Shown in pieces: positions 9,112-19,811 of a DNA stretch of 64,000 bases. This DNA comes from Thermoanaerobaculia bacterium (GTDB lineage: Bacteria > Acidobacteriota > Thermoanaerobaculia > Multivoradales > UBA5704). Below the pieces are notes generated by a model that saw only the letters and a program-made list of their open reading frames with translations, did not search any database and had not been told where the DNA came from. The DNA lies in the NCBI GenBank assembly GCA_044226625.1, contig JBGAGQ010000016.1, positions 1 to 64,000 of the forward strand, in the 5' to 3' direction. Numbering within the stretch: position 1 is the stretch's first letter; the number at the start of each line of letters is the position of its first letter. A program made the translations under genes and the position numbers.

Positions 9112-10316
9112 GGCGCCGCCCTCAAGGTCACACCGACGTAAGAAGCGTTGACCGAGAACTCCGGCGGTGGATTGCCAGACACCGACAGCTCCCGGCGCGC
9201 CGTGGCGATTCCGACTCCGAATCGCTGCACGAATCCAAGAACCTTGAGCGCCTCGGCAAGGCTCGGGTTGCGATAGTCGCTCACTCCCGGCGAGCCGAAG
9301 TTTTCGACGGTCACCGAGCCGAAAGGGCCGCCCGGGCTCAAGATCTCGATCCGATCGTCAAACCAGGTCACCCGAACAGGCGCATTGGAGGCCTCGTAGC
9401 TCCGGTGCATGACCGCGTTGCGGACGATCTGCTGCAGGGCAGCCATCGGGTAGCGGGCGGCGCGAATTTCTTTCGCGTCGCTCGTCAGGTCCACGGTCGT
9501 TCGATTGTGAGAGGCGAGCTTGTCGTCGATTCGCCGAAGCTGCTCCCCGACCGGACCGTCGATCACCTGTTCGTCGACCACAGGGTCTGCCAAATCCCTA
9601 CCCGCGATTCGCAAAAACTGGATGTAAGCCCCTGGGAGGAAGTCGCGGGTCCGAGAGGACAAGACCAAGATCCCCAAAACCGTCGGGGTCGGATCGTCGG
9701 CCGAGAGAATCATCTTGGTCGCTGCGAGGCGTTGCTCGACGGTTCGCTCGTTGGCGGCCAAGACATCGGGCGCGAACGCGGCATTTAGGTATTCGTCCTC
9801 GAACCTCCTCCGGTCCAGATCGGCAAGGGACGCTCCGTACATGGGTTGAACGTCGAACGGTCGGTCGCGATGTTTCCTCTTCTCGCTCAGGATGCGCTCG
9901 TCCTGGGCTGAAGCGACTCCTCGCCGCGGTCCGACTCGAATGTAGATCCTCCCCCGGCAACGCACGGGAGGAGAATCCGCCGGTTCGACGGTCAGTACCG
10001 CCATCTCCTGGCCGCGCAACCGATGTTTCGATACCGAAAGGGTAGGAGGCGGCACGATGTTGCCGTCGTCTTTGATATCGGCCAACTGACGCAGCAACTC
10101 GTCGGTGATCGGCAGCCCGGAAGGCGTCCCGTCGTCCCGCGCTCCGATGAAGACCACCCCGGCCCGAGCGCGGCTCGGAAGATCGTTGGCAAACGCGCAA
10201 ACCGCCTCTCGAACCTTGGTCGGCGCATCTCCTTTAAATGACTCTTTCCTTTCCGCCAGATCGGACTCCAGGTCGGAAAGCATCCCTTCCAGATCTAGGT
10301 CGTTGTAGGTGGGCAT
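9108..10316 (-). CDS. AlbA_2 (Schlafen-like) domain plus HATPase_c_4-like domain protein
   Basis: ESDLAERKES...VCAFAN...FIGARDDG matches AlbA_2. ALQQIVRNAVMHRSY...FDDRIEILSPGG...RNPSLA...VQRFGVGI matches the HATPase-like domain. Confidence 0.85.
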   Translation of the reverse strand: MPTYNDLDLEGMLSDLESDLAERKESFKGDAPTKVREAVCAFANDLPSRARAGVVFIGARDDGTPSGLPITDELLRQLADIKDDGNIVPPPTLSVSKHRLRGQEMAVLTVEPADSPPVRCRGRIYIRVGPRRGVASAQDERILSEKRKHRDRPFDVQPMYGASLADLDRRRFEDEYLNAAFAPDVLAANERTVEQRLAATKMILSADDPTPTVLGILVLSSRTRDFLPGAYIQFLRIAGRDLADPVVDEQVIDGPVGEQLRRIDDKLASHNRTTVDLTSDAKEIRAARYPMAALQQIVRNAVMHRSYEASNAPVRVTWFDDRIEILSPGGPFGSVTVENFGSPGVSDYRNPSLAEALKVLGFVQRFGVGIATARRELSVSGNPPPEFSVNASYVGVTLRAAP

Positions 10317-10359
10317 CCTTCCTCGATCTACCGACTCGGCGTCTCCGCCGCGATCCTAC

Positions 10360-10411
10360 CTCCGCTTTGCCCCCGCCCGCGAGCTTGTGACATCCTTCAC
10401 GAGCGTTCGAA
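10360..10411 (+). repeat. Direct repeat A, left copy (duplicate of nuo promoter segment)
   Basis: The 39-bp core TTGCCCCCGCCCGCGAGCTTGTGACATCCTTCACGAGCG (10367-10405) is identical to 11843-11881. It extends to about 52 bp with one indel and one mismatch. Confidence 0.97.
10385..10402. promoter_or_regulatory. Rex operator-like palindrome (duplicated copy)
   Basis: TTGTGACATCCTTCACGA has two mismatches to the Rex consensus TTGTGAA-N4-TTCACAA. Confidence 0.65.
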
Positions 10412-10453
10412 GGATGAAACGGTCATGCTCGCGGCGCGTTCCCAGGGAGCTCG

Positions 10454-11815
10454 ATGAAGCTGGCGAAGCCGGCACCGGCTCCCGTCAACTCGAGCACCGC
10501 CCAAGGCTCCGCGAGTGCTTCGGCCTCCGCGGCGAAGCGAGATCTTCCGACATCGAGCCTCGCGGCCGAGAGCGAGCGGGCCGAACGTTTCGGTCATCGG
10601 TTCGAGGCTCTCGGGGTATCGCCCGTGGGAGCGGGACGAATCGTGACCGCGCCGATTCAGCGGGTCATCTATAAGGACAAGGGGAAGAAGGCCCACAACG
10701 CCTTCAAGGCGATCGACCGGGCCGATTGGTACAAGGACCCGAGCTTCGACGACGTCGATCGCGCCTGGGCGCACACCCTCCACGGAGAGACCGACAAGCA
10801 CTACACCCTGCAGGAAGCCAAGGCCGAGATCGGCCGGCGCAAAGCCGACACGAGCCTCACGGCGCCCCCTCTGCCGACGAAGGCAACGGGCAAACGCAAG
10901 CGGACGGAGCCGGTCGTCAAACGGCAGACCGGGCCGGCGGTCGGCACCCAGGTCGATTACGCGACGGACCCGAGATTCCGCACCGAGCGCCGCTTCATCC
11001 GTCGCTTGAAAAAGGAAGGCAAGGATCCCGGCGACAAGAACCTCTACACCAAGCGCTACAAGGGCGAAGAAGGACAGAAGCCGTTCAAGATCCTCACCGC
11101 TTCGATCCCGCCGACCAGCCTGCCGCCGGACTTCGAAACCCGCGACCTCGACGAGCTGGCCGAGTCGCGCCTCGGCCAGACGCTCCACTCCGAAGGCGTC
11201 ACGGAAAAGCTCGAAAACGATTATCCGCCGTTCAAGAAGCGGAAGATCGCCCAACACGAGCACTACTCCGCCTCCTCCCGCGAGCAGTGCGAGACCTGCC
11301 GCTACGACCACCCCCCCGAAAAGCCGGGCCAACACGTCTTCGGAACGTTCTATTCGGGCACGACCGACCATATCGCCGACGAAGATCTGCGTAAGAAGCT
11401 GGTGGCGAACCGGGGCCGGATCGGCAACCTCACTCTCACCGAGCAGCAGCGTAAGGAGACCGCCGAAGCGCGCGAGGACGCCGCGGCGGCGCGGCAGTTC
11501 GACGTCCGCCAGAATCCCCTCCTCTCGCGCAAACGCAAAGAGCTCTCGGCGGCGGATTCCGAGGGCGAGCACAGCTCCGACGACGACGACGTGTACGTTC
11601 CGCACGAGCTCTACTGGGGGAGCGGCAGGGGCTACGGCAAAGGAAAGGTCATCCCGATCGACCGGGGCGACTTCTTCTCGAACGCGGAAAAGGAGGCCGA
11701 GAAGGAGCGGACGAAGAAGGCGATCGAGGAGCGGAAGGCCCGCGGCAAGGAGGAGCCCAAGAACTCCGGATCCGAGGCGGATTCCGAGTCCGAGGAGGAG
11801 GAATCCGAAGACTGA
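10454..11815 (+). CDS. Putative secreted effector/polymorphic toxin with deaminase-like HxE...CxxC motifs
   Basis: Low-complexity leader with FGHRF and PIQR. HSE (His codon 11186) and SSREQCETC (Cys codons 11288 and 11297). Basic clusters KRKR, KKRK and RKRK, and an acidic tail. Codon usage looks genuinely coding. Confidence 0.6.
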   Translation: MKLAKPAPAPVNSSTAQGSASASASAAKRDLPTSSLAAESERAERFGHRFEALGVSPVGAGRIVTAPIQRVIYKDKGKKAHNAFKAIDRADWYKDPSFDDVDRAWAHTLHGETDKHYTLQEAKAEIGRRKADTSLTAPPLPTKATGKRKRTEPVVKRQTGPAVGTQVDYATDPRFRTERRFIRRLKKEGKDPGDKNLYTKRYKGEEGQKPFKILTASIPPTSLPPDFETRDLDELAESRLGQTLHSEGVTEKLENDYPPFKKRKIAQHEHYSASSREQCETCRYDHPPEKPGQHVFGTFYSGTTDHIADEDLRKKLVANRGRIGNLTLTEQQRKETAEAREDAAAARQFDVRQNPLLSRKRKELSAADSEGEHSSDDDDVYVPHELYWGSGRGYGKGKVIPIDRGDFFSNAEKEAEKERTKKAIEERKARGKEEPKNSGSEADSESEEEESED

Positions 11816-11836
11816 ACGGCGTCGGGGCGGCGGCGG

Positions 11837-11887
11837 CTCCGCTTGCCCCCGCCCGCGAGCTTGTGACATCCTTCACGAGCGATCGAA
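11837..11887 (+). repeat. Direct repeat A, right copy (native nuo promoter region)
   Basis: Matches 10360-10411. Confidence 0.97.
11861..11878. promoter_or_regulatory. Rex operator upstream of nuoA
   Basis: TTGTGACATCCTTCACGA lies about 145 bp upstream of nuoA, and rex is encoded at the end of the same operon. Confidence 0.75.
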
Positions 11888-12022
11888 CGGCAAGCTCCCG
11901 ACCCTCCTCCGGATGTCCCACCATCCGTCGGGGCGGCGCGGTCGAGCTCCGTCGCGAACGCTCTCCGGGAGAGTTCTCATAAGGCGCGGATCTTCGGTGG
12001 GAGATCCCATGGAGGAAATCGA

Positions 12023-12427
12023 GTGCCCTCGCAGTACTACCCCATCCTCTTGACGCTCGGCATCGCGATGTTCGTCGGCTTCGCGATCCTGATGCTCTCC
12101 TACCTGCTCGGCAAGAAGCAGATTCGCGGCGGCACGGTCCACCTCTCGGCCATTGAGTCCGGCCTGCCGCTGCTCGACCGATCCCACAAGCGGCTGTCGA
12201 TCGTCTTCTTCCTGGTCGCGATCGACTTCATCATCTTCGACCTCGAGGCCGCCTTCCTCTTCCCGTGGGCGCTCCACCTGCGCGAGGGGGGCTGGCCGCT
12301 GTTCTGGGCGGTGATGGTGTTCGTCGGGCTGATCCTCGTCGGGTACGCCTACGTCTGGGCGAAAGGCGGGTTGAACGTCATGTTGACCCAGCGACGACAC
12401 GGCTCCGGCTGGGCGGAGGGACGGTAA
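12023..12427 (+). CDS. nuoA: NADH-quinone oxidoreductase subunit A
   Basis: Three TM helices and FIIFDLEAAFLFPWA. Confidence 0.92.
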   Translation: MPSQYYPILLTLGIAMFVGFAILMLSYLLGKKQIRGGTVHLSAIESGLPLLDRSHKRLSIVFFLVAIDFIIFDLEAAFLFPWALHLREGGWPLFWAVMVFVGLILVGYAYVWAKGGLNVMLTQRRHGSGWAEGR

Positions 12428-12964
12428 GTGAGCTCCGAGTCGACCGCCGTCGCCCCCGCCTCCGTCGCCGCCCCCGCGGCCGAGATCGCGATCGCCGTCC
12501 TGCCGGACGCCGCCAAAGCCGAGATCGCCGAGGTCCGCAAGCGCTATCCCACGACGCAGGCCGCTCTGCTGCCGGCGCTCCACATCGCCCAGCGGGCGTT
12601 CGACGGCTGGCTCGCCGAGCCGGTGATCGCCGCGGTCGCCGCCGAGCTGGGCCTGCCGGTCTCGACCGTCTTCGGCGTCGTCACGTTCTACGATCTCTAT
12701 CACCTGAAGCCGGTCGGCCGGCATCGGATCCGCGTCTGCAACAACCTGTCGTGCCAGCTGCGCGGCGCCGAGGAGATCCTCGAGACGATGCGCGCGGAGC
12801 TGGGCGTCGAAGAGGACGAGGTGACTCCCGACGGTCGCTGCTCCTACGTCCACTTCGAATGCCTCGGCTCGTGCGACACGGCGCCGATGATGATGATCGA
12901 CGACGACTACCACGAGAACCTGACCCCCGAGAGCGCTCGGGAGATCGTGCGAGGGTTGAAGTAA
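12428..12964 (+). CDS. nuoE: NADH-quinone oxidoreductase subunit E
   Basis: VTFYDLY, VCNNLSCQLRG and ECLGSCDTAP (2Fe-2S ligands). Confidence 0.95.
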   Translation: MSSESTAVAPASVAAPAAEIAIAVLPDAAKAEIAEVRKRYPTTQAALLPALHIAQRAFDGWLAEPVIAAVAAELGLPVSTVFGVVTFYDLYHLKPVGRHRIRVCNNLSCQLRGAEEILETMRAELGVEEDEVTPDGRCSYVHFECLGSCDTAPMMMIDDDYHENLTPESAREIVRGLK

Positions 12965-14250
12965 TGGCCTTCGAGAAGACTCTCACCCGCAACGTCGGCA
13001 ACCCGGAAGTCCACACCGTCGCCGGATATCGAAAGACCGGCGGCTACTCGGCGCTCGAAGCGGCGCTCAAGATGGAGCCCGAGGCGATCACCCAGGCGGT
13101 CAAGGATTCCGGCCTCCGCGGCCGTGGCGGCGCGGGCTTCCCCGCCGGCATGAAGTGGAGCTTCATCCCTCAGTCGACCAAGCCGAAATACCTGGTCTGC
13201 AACGCCGACGAGTCCGAGCCCGGGACGTTCAAGGACCGGCTGCTCATGGAGCACGACCCGCACCAGTTGATCGAAGGGTGCGCGATCTGCTGCCGGGCGG
13301 TGGGCGCCAACACGACCTACATCTACATCCGCGGCGAGTACACCAAGGCGGCGCGCGTGCTCGAAGCGGCGATCCGCGACGCCTACCAGGCGGGCATCCT
13401 CGGCGACAGCGTCATGGGCTCCGGCTGGAAGCTCGACATGTACGTCCACATGGGGGCGGGCGCCTACATCTGTGGCGAAGAGACCGGGATGCTCGAGTCG
13501 CTCGAGGGCAAGCGCGGCCAGCCGCGCGTCAAGCCGCCGTTCCCGGCCGTGGTCGGCGCCTTCGGCTGCCCGACCGTGATCAACAACGTCGAGACGCTCT
13601 GCAACGTGCCGCACATCATCAGCCGCGGCGCCGCCTGGTTCAAAGGGATCGGCACCGACGAGCGCAACACCGGCCCGAAGCTCTACGCCGTCTCCGGCCA
13701 CGTCGAGAAGCCCGGCACCTACGAGCTGCCGATCGGCGTCACGTTCGACGAGCTGCTCGAGGTCTGCGGCGGCATGTACCGCGGCGGAACGCTCAAGGCG
13801 TTCATCCCCGGCGGCGCCTCGGCTCCGATCCTCAAAGCGTCCGAGTCGCACCTCAAAATGGATTTCGACACCCTCGCCAAGGCCGGCTCGATGCTCGGCT
13901 CGGCGGCGGTGATCGTCATGGACGAGACCACCTGCATGGTCCGCGCGGCCACCCGCCTCGCGAAGTTCTTCGCCCACGAGTCGTGCGGCCAGTGCACCCC
14001 GTGCCGCGAGGGAACGAACTGGATGGAGATCATCCTCCACCGGATCGAGTCCGGCCACGGCCATCCGAACGACGGCGACCTGCTCTACTCCGTGTCGAAG
14101 AACGTCGGCGGCAATTCGCTGTGCGCGCTCGGCGACGCGGCGGTCGGGCCGGTCCGCTCGCTGGTCGAGAAGTTCCGCGACGAGATCGAACAGCACATCC
14201 GCGAGCACGCCTGCCCGGTTCCCGTGCGCCGCTACTTCGCCGCCGCCTGA
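12964..14250 (+). CDS. nuoF: NADH-quinone oxidoreductase subunit F
   Basis: SGLRGRGGAGFP, NADESEPGT, GAGAYICGEET and ESCGQCTPCREG. ATG overlaps the nuoE stop (TAATG). Confidence 0.97.
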   Translation: MAFEKTLTRNVGNPEVHTVAGYRKTGGYSALEAALKMEPEAITQAVKDSGLRGRGGAGFPAGMKWSFIPQSTKPKYLVCNADESEPGTFKDRLLMEHDPHQLIEGCAICCRAVGANTTYIYIRGEYTKAARVLEAAIRDAYQAGILGDSVMGSGWKLDMYVHMGAGAYICGEETGMLESLEGKRGQPRVKPPFPAVVGAFGCPTVINNVETLCNVPHIISRGAAWFKGIGTDERNTGPKLYAVSGHVEKPGTYELPIGVTFDELLEVCGGMYRGGTLKAFIPGGASAPILKASESHLKMDFDTLAKAGSMLGSAAVIVMDETTCMVRAATRLAKFFAHESCGQCTPCREGTNWMEIILHRIESGHGHPNDGDLLYSVSKNVGGNSLCALGDAAVGPVRSLVEKFRDEIEQHIREHACPVPVRRYFAAA

Positions 14251-14286
14251 TCCGGGGATTCGGAAGAAGAGCGAGAAAGAACCCGC

Positions 14287-15933
14287 ATGCCGAAAGTCAC
14301 GATCAACGATCGCAGCGTCGAGGTCGAACCGGGCACCAACCTGGTCGAGGCCGCCGCCAAGGTCGGCGTTCAGGTCCCCCACTACTGCTACCACCCGCGC
14401 CTTTCCGTCGTCGGCCAGTGCCGCATGTGCATGGTCGAGGTGGAGATGAACGGCCGCAAGATGCCGAAGCTGCAAGCCGGATGCTCCACCCCGGTCGCCG
14501 ACGGCATGGTGGTCCGCACGGACACGCCGGAGGTCCGTGAGGCGCAGAAGGGGATGATGGAGTTCCTGCTCATCAACCACCCTCTCGACTGCCCAATCTG
14601 CGATCAGGCCGGCGAGTGCGGTCTGCAGGACTACTCGTTCAAGCACGGCGTCGCCTACTCGCGGTTCGAGTTCGACGACAAGCGGACCTACCCGGGCCGC
14701 GAGCGGATCCCGCTCGGCGCGAACGTCCTCCTGAACATGAACCGGTGCATCCAGTGCACCCGGTGCGTCCGCTTCACCCACGAGATCGCCGGGACGAGCG
14801 AGCTCGGCTTCTTCAACCGCGGCTCGCGCGCCGAGATCGGCGTCTTCCCCGGCCGCGAGCTGTCGAACCCGCTCGCCACCTGTGTCGTCGACGTCTGCCC
14901 GGTGGGCGCCCTCACGTCGACCCGCTTCCGCTTCGCCGAGCGCGTCTTCAACCTCGACAAGAAGCCCTCGATCTGCGCCGGCTGCGACGCCGGCTGCAAC
15001 ATCACGATCGAGCACCGGCGCGGCAAGATCCGCCGCTACAAGCCGCGGACCAACCCCGAGGTCAACGACTACTGGATGTGCGACGACGGCCGCGCGAGCT
15101 GGGAGAAGTACCGCGACCGGCCGCGCCTCACCGCCCCGCGCGTGAACGGGAACGCCGTGACCTGGAAAGAGGCGCTCGACGCGGTCCACCAGCGACTGCG
15201 CAGCCGCAGCGCCGAGGGGGCGACGGCGATCCTCGGCTCCGGCCAGCTCACCACCGAAGAGGCCTATCTGTTCGCCCAGCTCTGCGACCTGCTCGGCACC
15301 CCGCACCGGTCGATCGCGGTCGATCCGTTCCCCGAGCGGCGGATTCCGAACCCGCAGGGAGGCGTCTACGGGCGCGAGGCGGCCCCGAACCGGCGCGGCG
15401 CGGAGATCGCGGGGCTCGGCGCGCGGCCGGGAGCGCTCTCCTCCAAGGATCTCCTCGCGGGCGACGGCGCCTCACGTTGCGCGACGCTGGTCGTCACCGA
15501 CGGCGACTTCGGCGCGGCGGCCTGGGACGAGGAAGCCGTCGCGCGCCTCCGCCAGGCGAGCTTCCTGATCGTCTTCTCGTGGGCCGACTCGCCCCTCGCG
15601 CGCGCGGCGGACATCGCCCTGCCGATCGCCACCCACGCCGAGAAGGAAGGCACTTTCGTCAACTCGCAGCGCCGGGTGCAGCGCTTCCGCGCCGCGTTCC
15701 CCGCGGCGGCCCAGGTGCGGAGCGGCGTCGAGGTCCTCTCGGATCTGCTCGCCCGCTTCGATCCGGCGTGGGGCGGCCTCTCCCCCGCCGCGGCGTTCGA
15801 CCGCATGGCGGCGTCGTCGCCGGATCTTTCGGGGCTCCAATTCGGCGGCATTCCACCGTCCGGCGCGCAGCTGCCCGGCGAACCGGCCGCGGCAACGTCG
15901 GCCGCATCGGCAACGTCCGAGGCGCAGGGCTAG
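14287..15933 (+). CDS. nuoG: NADH-quinone oxidoreductase subunit G (short form)
   Basis: CYHP...GQCRMC, HPLDCPICDQAGEC, CIQCTRC and CAGCDAGC. Confidence 0.93.
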   Translation: MPKVTINDRSVEVEPGTNLVEAAAKVGVQVPHYCYHPRLSVVGQCRMCMVEVEMNGRKMPKLQAGCSTPVADGMVVRTDTPEVREAQKGMMEFLLINHPLDCPICDQAGECGLQDYSFKHGVAYSRFEFDDKRTYPGRERIPLGANVLLNMNRCIQCTRCVRFTHEIAGTSELGFFNRGSRAEIGVFPGRELSNPLATCVVDVCPVGALTSTRFRFAERVFNLDKKPSICAGCDAGCNITIEHRRGKIRRYKPRTNPEVNDYWMCDDGRASWEKYRDRPRLTAPRVNGNAVTWKEALDAVHQRLRSRSAEGATAILGSGQLTTEEAYLFAQLCDLLGTPHRSIAVDPFPERRIPNPQGGVYGREAAPNRRGAEIAGLGARPGALSSKDLLAGDGASRCATLVVTDGDFGAAAWDEEAVARLRQASFLIVFSWADSPLARAADIALPIATHAEKEGTFVNSQRRVQRFRAAFPAAAQVRSGVEVLSDLLARFDPAWGGLSPAAAFDRMAASSPDLSGLQFGGIPPSGAQLPGEPAAATSAASATSEAQG

Positions 15934-15946
15934 GGGGGCGCTCACG

Positions 15947-16978
15947 ATGTCGTTCGATCTCCTCGCCACCGCCGCCAAGATGGCCCTGATGCTCGGGATC
16001 TTCATCCTGGGCGTCGCGCCGATCATGCTCTGGGTCGAGCGCCGTATGAGCGCGTTCATGCAGGACCGCCCGGGCCCCAACCGCCTCGGGCCGCTCGGGC
16101 TCGTCCAGGGCGTCGCCGACGCGGTCAAGTTCATGTTCAAAGAGGACGTGACGCCGGCCGGCGCCGACAAGCCGCTCTACCTGATGGCGCCCGCGCTCGC
16201 GCTCCTGCCCGCGCTCTCGACCTACGTCGTGATCCCGTTCGGCCCCGATCTCACGGTGAACGGCAAGACCGTACCGATGATCGTCTCGACCGGCGGCGCG
16301 GGGGTGTTGATCTTCCTCGCGCTCAGCTCGCTCGGCGTCTACAGCTTGATCACCGCGGGCTACGCCTCGAACAACAAGTTCTCGCTGCTCGGCGGCATCC
16401 GCGCCTCGGCGCAGCTGATCAGCTACGAGCTCGCGCTCACCGTGGCGGTGCTCGCGGCGCTGATCCCCGCCGGCTCGTTCTACCTGCCGGACGTCGTCGC
16501 CTACCAGCAACAGCACGTCTGGATGGTGCTCCCGCAGGCGATCGGTTTCCTGGTCTTTCTCGTCGCCATGTTCGCCGAGACGAACCGCCTGCCGTTCGAC
16601 CTGCCCGAGGCCGAGTCCGAGCTGATCGCGGGCTTCCACACGGAATACGGCGCGATGCGCTTCGCCACCTTCTTCATGGGCGAGTACATCTCGATGACCG
16701 CCCTGTCGATGCTCGCCGTGACGCTCTACTTCGGCGGCTGGACGCTCCCCGGCGTTCATCTCACCGGCTGGCTCGGCGCCATCGTCGGGCTCTCGGTGCT
16801 GTTGGGTAAGGTCGCGCTCTTCATGCTCTTCTACGTCTGGGTCCGCTGGACCTTCCCGCGGTTCCGCTACGACCAGCTCATGCGGCTCGGTTGGAAGGTG
16901 CTCCTGCCGCTCGCGCTCCTGAACTTCCTGCTCGTCGCGATCGCGACGCTCGCCGGCTGGTTCCCGGAGGTTCGATAG
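15947..16978 (+). CDS. nuoH: NADH-quinone oxidoreductase subunit H
   Basis: QDRPGPNR, AETNRLPFDLPEAESEL and PRFRYDQLM. Confidence 0.97.
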   Translation: MSFDLLATAAKMALMLGIFILGVAPIMLWVERRMSAFMQDRPGPNRLGPLGLVQGVADAVKFMFKEDVTPAGADKPLYLMAPALALLPALSTYVVIPFGPDLTVNGKTVPMIVSTGGAGVLIFLALSSLGVYSLITAGYASNNKFSLLGGIRASAQLISYELALTVAVLAALIPAGSFYLPDVVAYQQQHVWMVLPQAIGFLVFLVAMFAETNRLPFDLPEAESELIAGFHTEYGAMRFATFFMGEYISMTALSMLAVTLYFGGWTLPGVHLTGWLGAIVGLSVLLGKVALFMLFYVWVRWTFPRFRYDQLMRLGWKVLLPLALLNFLLVAIATLAGWFPEVR

Positions 16979-17530
16979 ATGGAAGTCGCGATCTTCCTGC
17001 TGTTCGCCGCGGTGGCCCTCGGCTCGGCGCTGATGGTCGTGACCCACCGGAGCCCGGTCTACGCGACCATGAGCCTGGTGGTCACCCTGTTCTCGCTCGC
17101 CGTGATGTTCGTCCTGCTCGGCGCGCCGTTCATCGGCGCCCTCCAGGTTCTGGTCTACGCCGGGGCGATCGTCGTCTTGTTCCTGTTCGTCCTGATGCTG
17201 CTGAACATCTCGCGGGAAGAGCACCAGCAGGAGGGCCAGACGGTCCACCGCTGGCTCGCCCTCCTCGGCGCGGGCGCGTTCGTCGGGCTCGTCGTGCCGC
17301 TGGTCTATCGGGCGACCCGGGTCCGCACGGCGGGCGCGCTGTCCGAGGAGTTCGTCTCGGTCCGCGAGCTCGCCCGCGATCTCTTCACCCGCTACCTGCT
17401 GCAGTTCGAGATCGTCGGCCTGTTGCTCCTGGTGGCGGTCGTCGCGGCGACGGTGGTCGCCCGGCGCCCCCCTGCGGCCAGCGATGCGACGACCGCAGCC
17501 GACGCGGGCGCCTCGGAGGTAGAGCCGTGA
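16979..17530 (+). CDS. nuoJ: NADH-quinone oxidoreductase subunit J
   Basis: QVLVYAGAIVVLFLFVLMLL. Confidence 0.95.
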   Translation: MEVAIFLLFAAVALGSALMVVTHRSPVYATMSLVVTLFSLAVMFVLLGAPFIGALQVLVYAGAIVVLFLFVLMLLNISREEHQQEGQTVHRWLALLGAGAFVGLVVPLVYRATRVRTAGALSEEFVSVRELARDLFTRYLLQFEIVGLLLLVAVVAATVVARRPPAASDATTAADAGASEVEP

Positions 17531-17844
17531 GCTTCGCCCAACCCGTGCCGGTCTCCTGGTTTTTGATCCTCGCGGCCCTGCTGTTCGCGATCGGCGTCGC
17601 GGGCGCGCTCACCCGCCGTAACGGCATCGGCGTCTTCCTCTCGATCGAGCTGATGCTCAACGCCGTCAACGTGGCCCTGGTCGGCTACTCGCGGCTCCTC
17701 GGCGAGCGCACCGGGCAGATCATGGTGCTGTTCGTCATGGCGGTCGCCGCCGCCGAGGCCGCCGTCGGCCTCGGACTGTTCATCGCGGTCTATCGCCAGC
17801 GCCGCACGATCGACGTCAACCGCCTGAACCTGATGCGCTGGTAG
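17527..17844 (+). CDS. nuoK: NADH-quinone oxidoreductase subunit K
   Basis: SIELMLNAVN and VAAAEAAVGL. GTG overlaps the nuoJ stop. Confidence 0.95.
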   Translation: MSFAQPVPVSWFLILAALLFAIGVAGALTRRNGIGVFLSIELMLNAVNVALVGYSRLLGERTGQIMVLFVMAVAAAEAAVGLGLFIAVYRQRRTIDVNRLNLMRW

Positions 17845-17865
17845 GACCGAGGAAACCTAAAGCCG

Positions 17866-19809
<1,944 letters not shown>

Positions 19810-19811
19810 CG

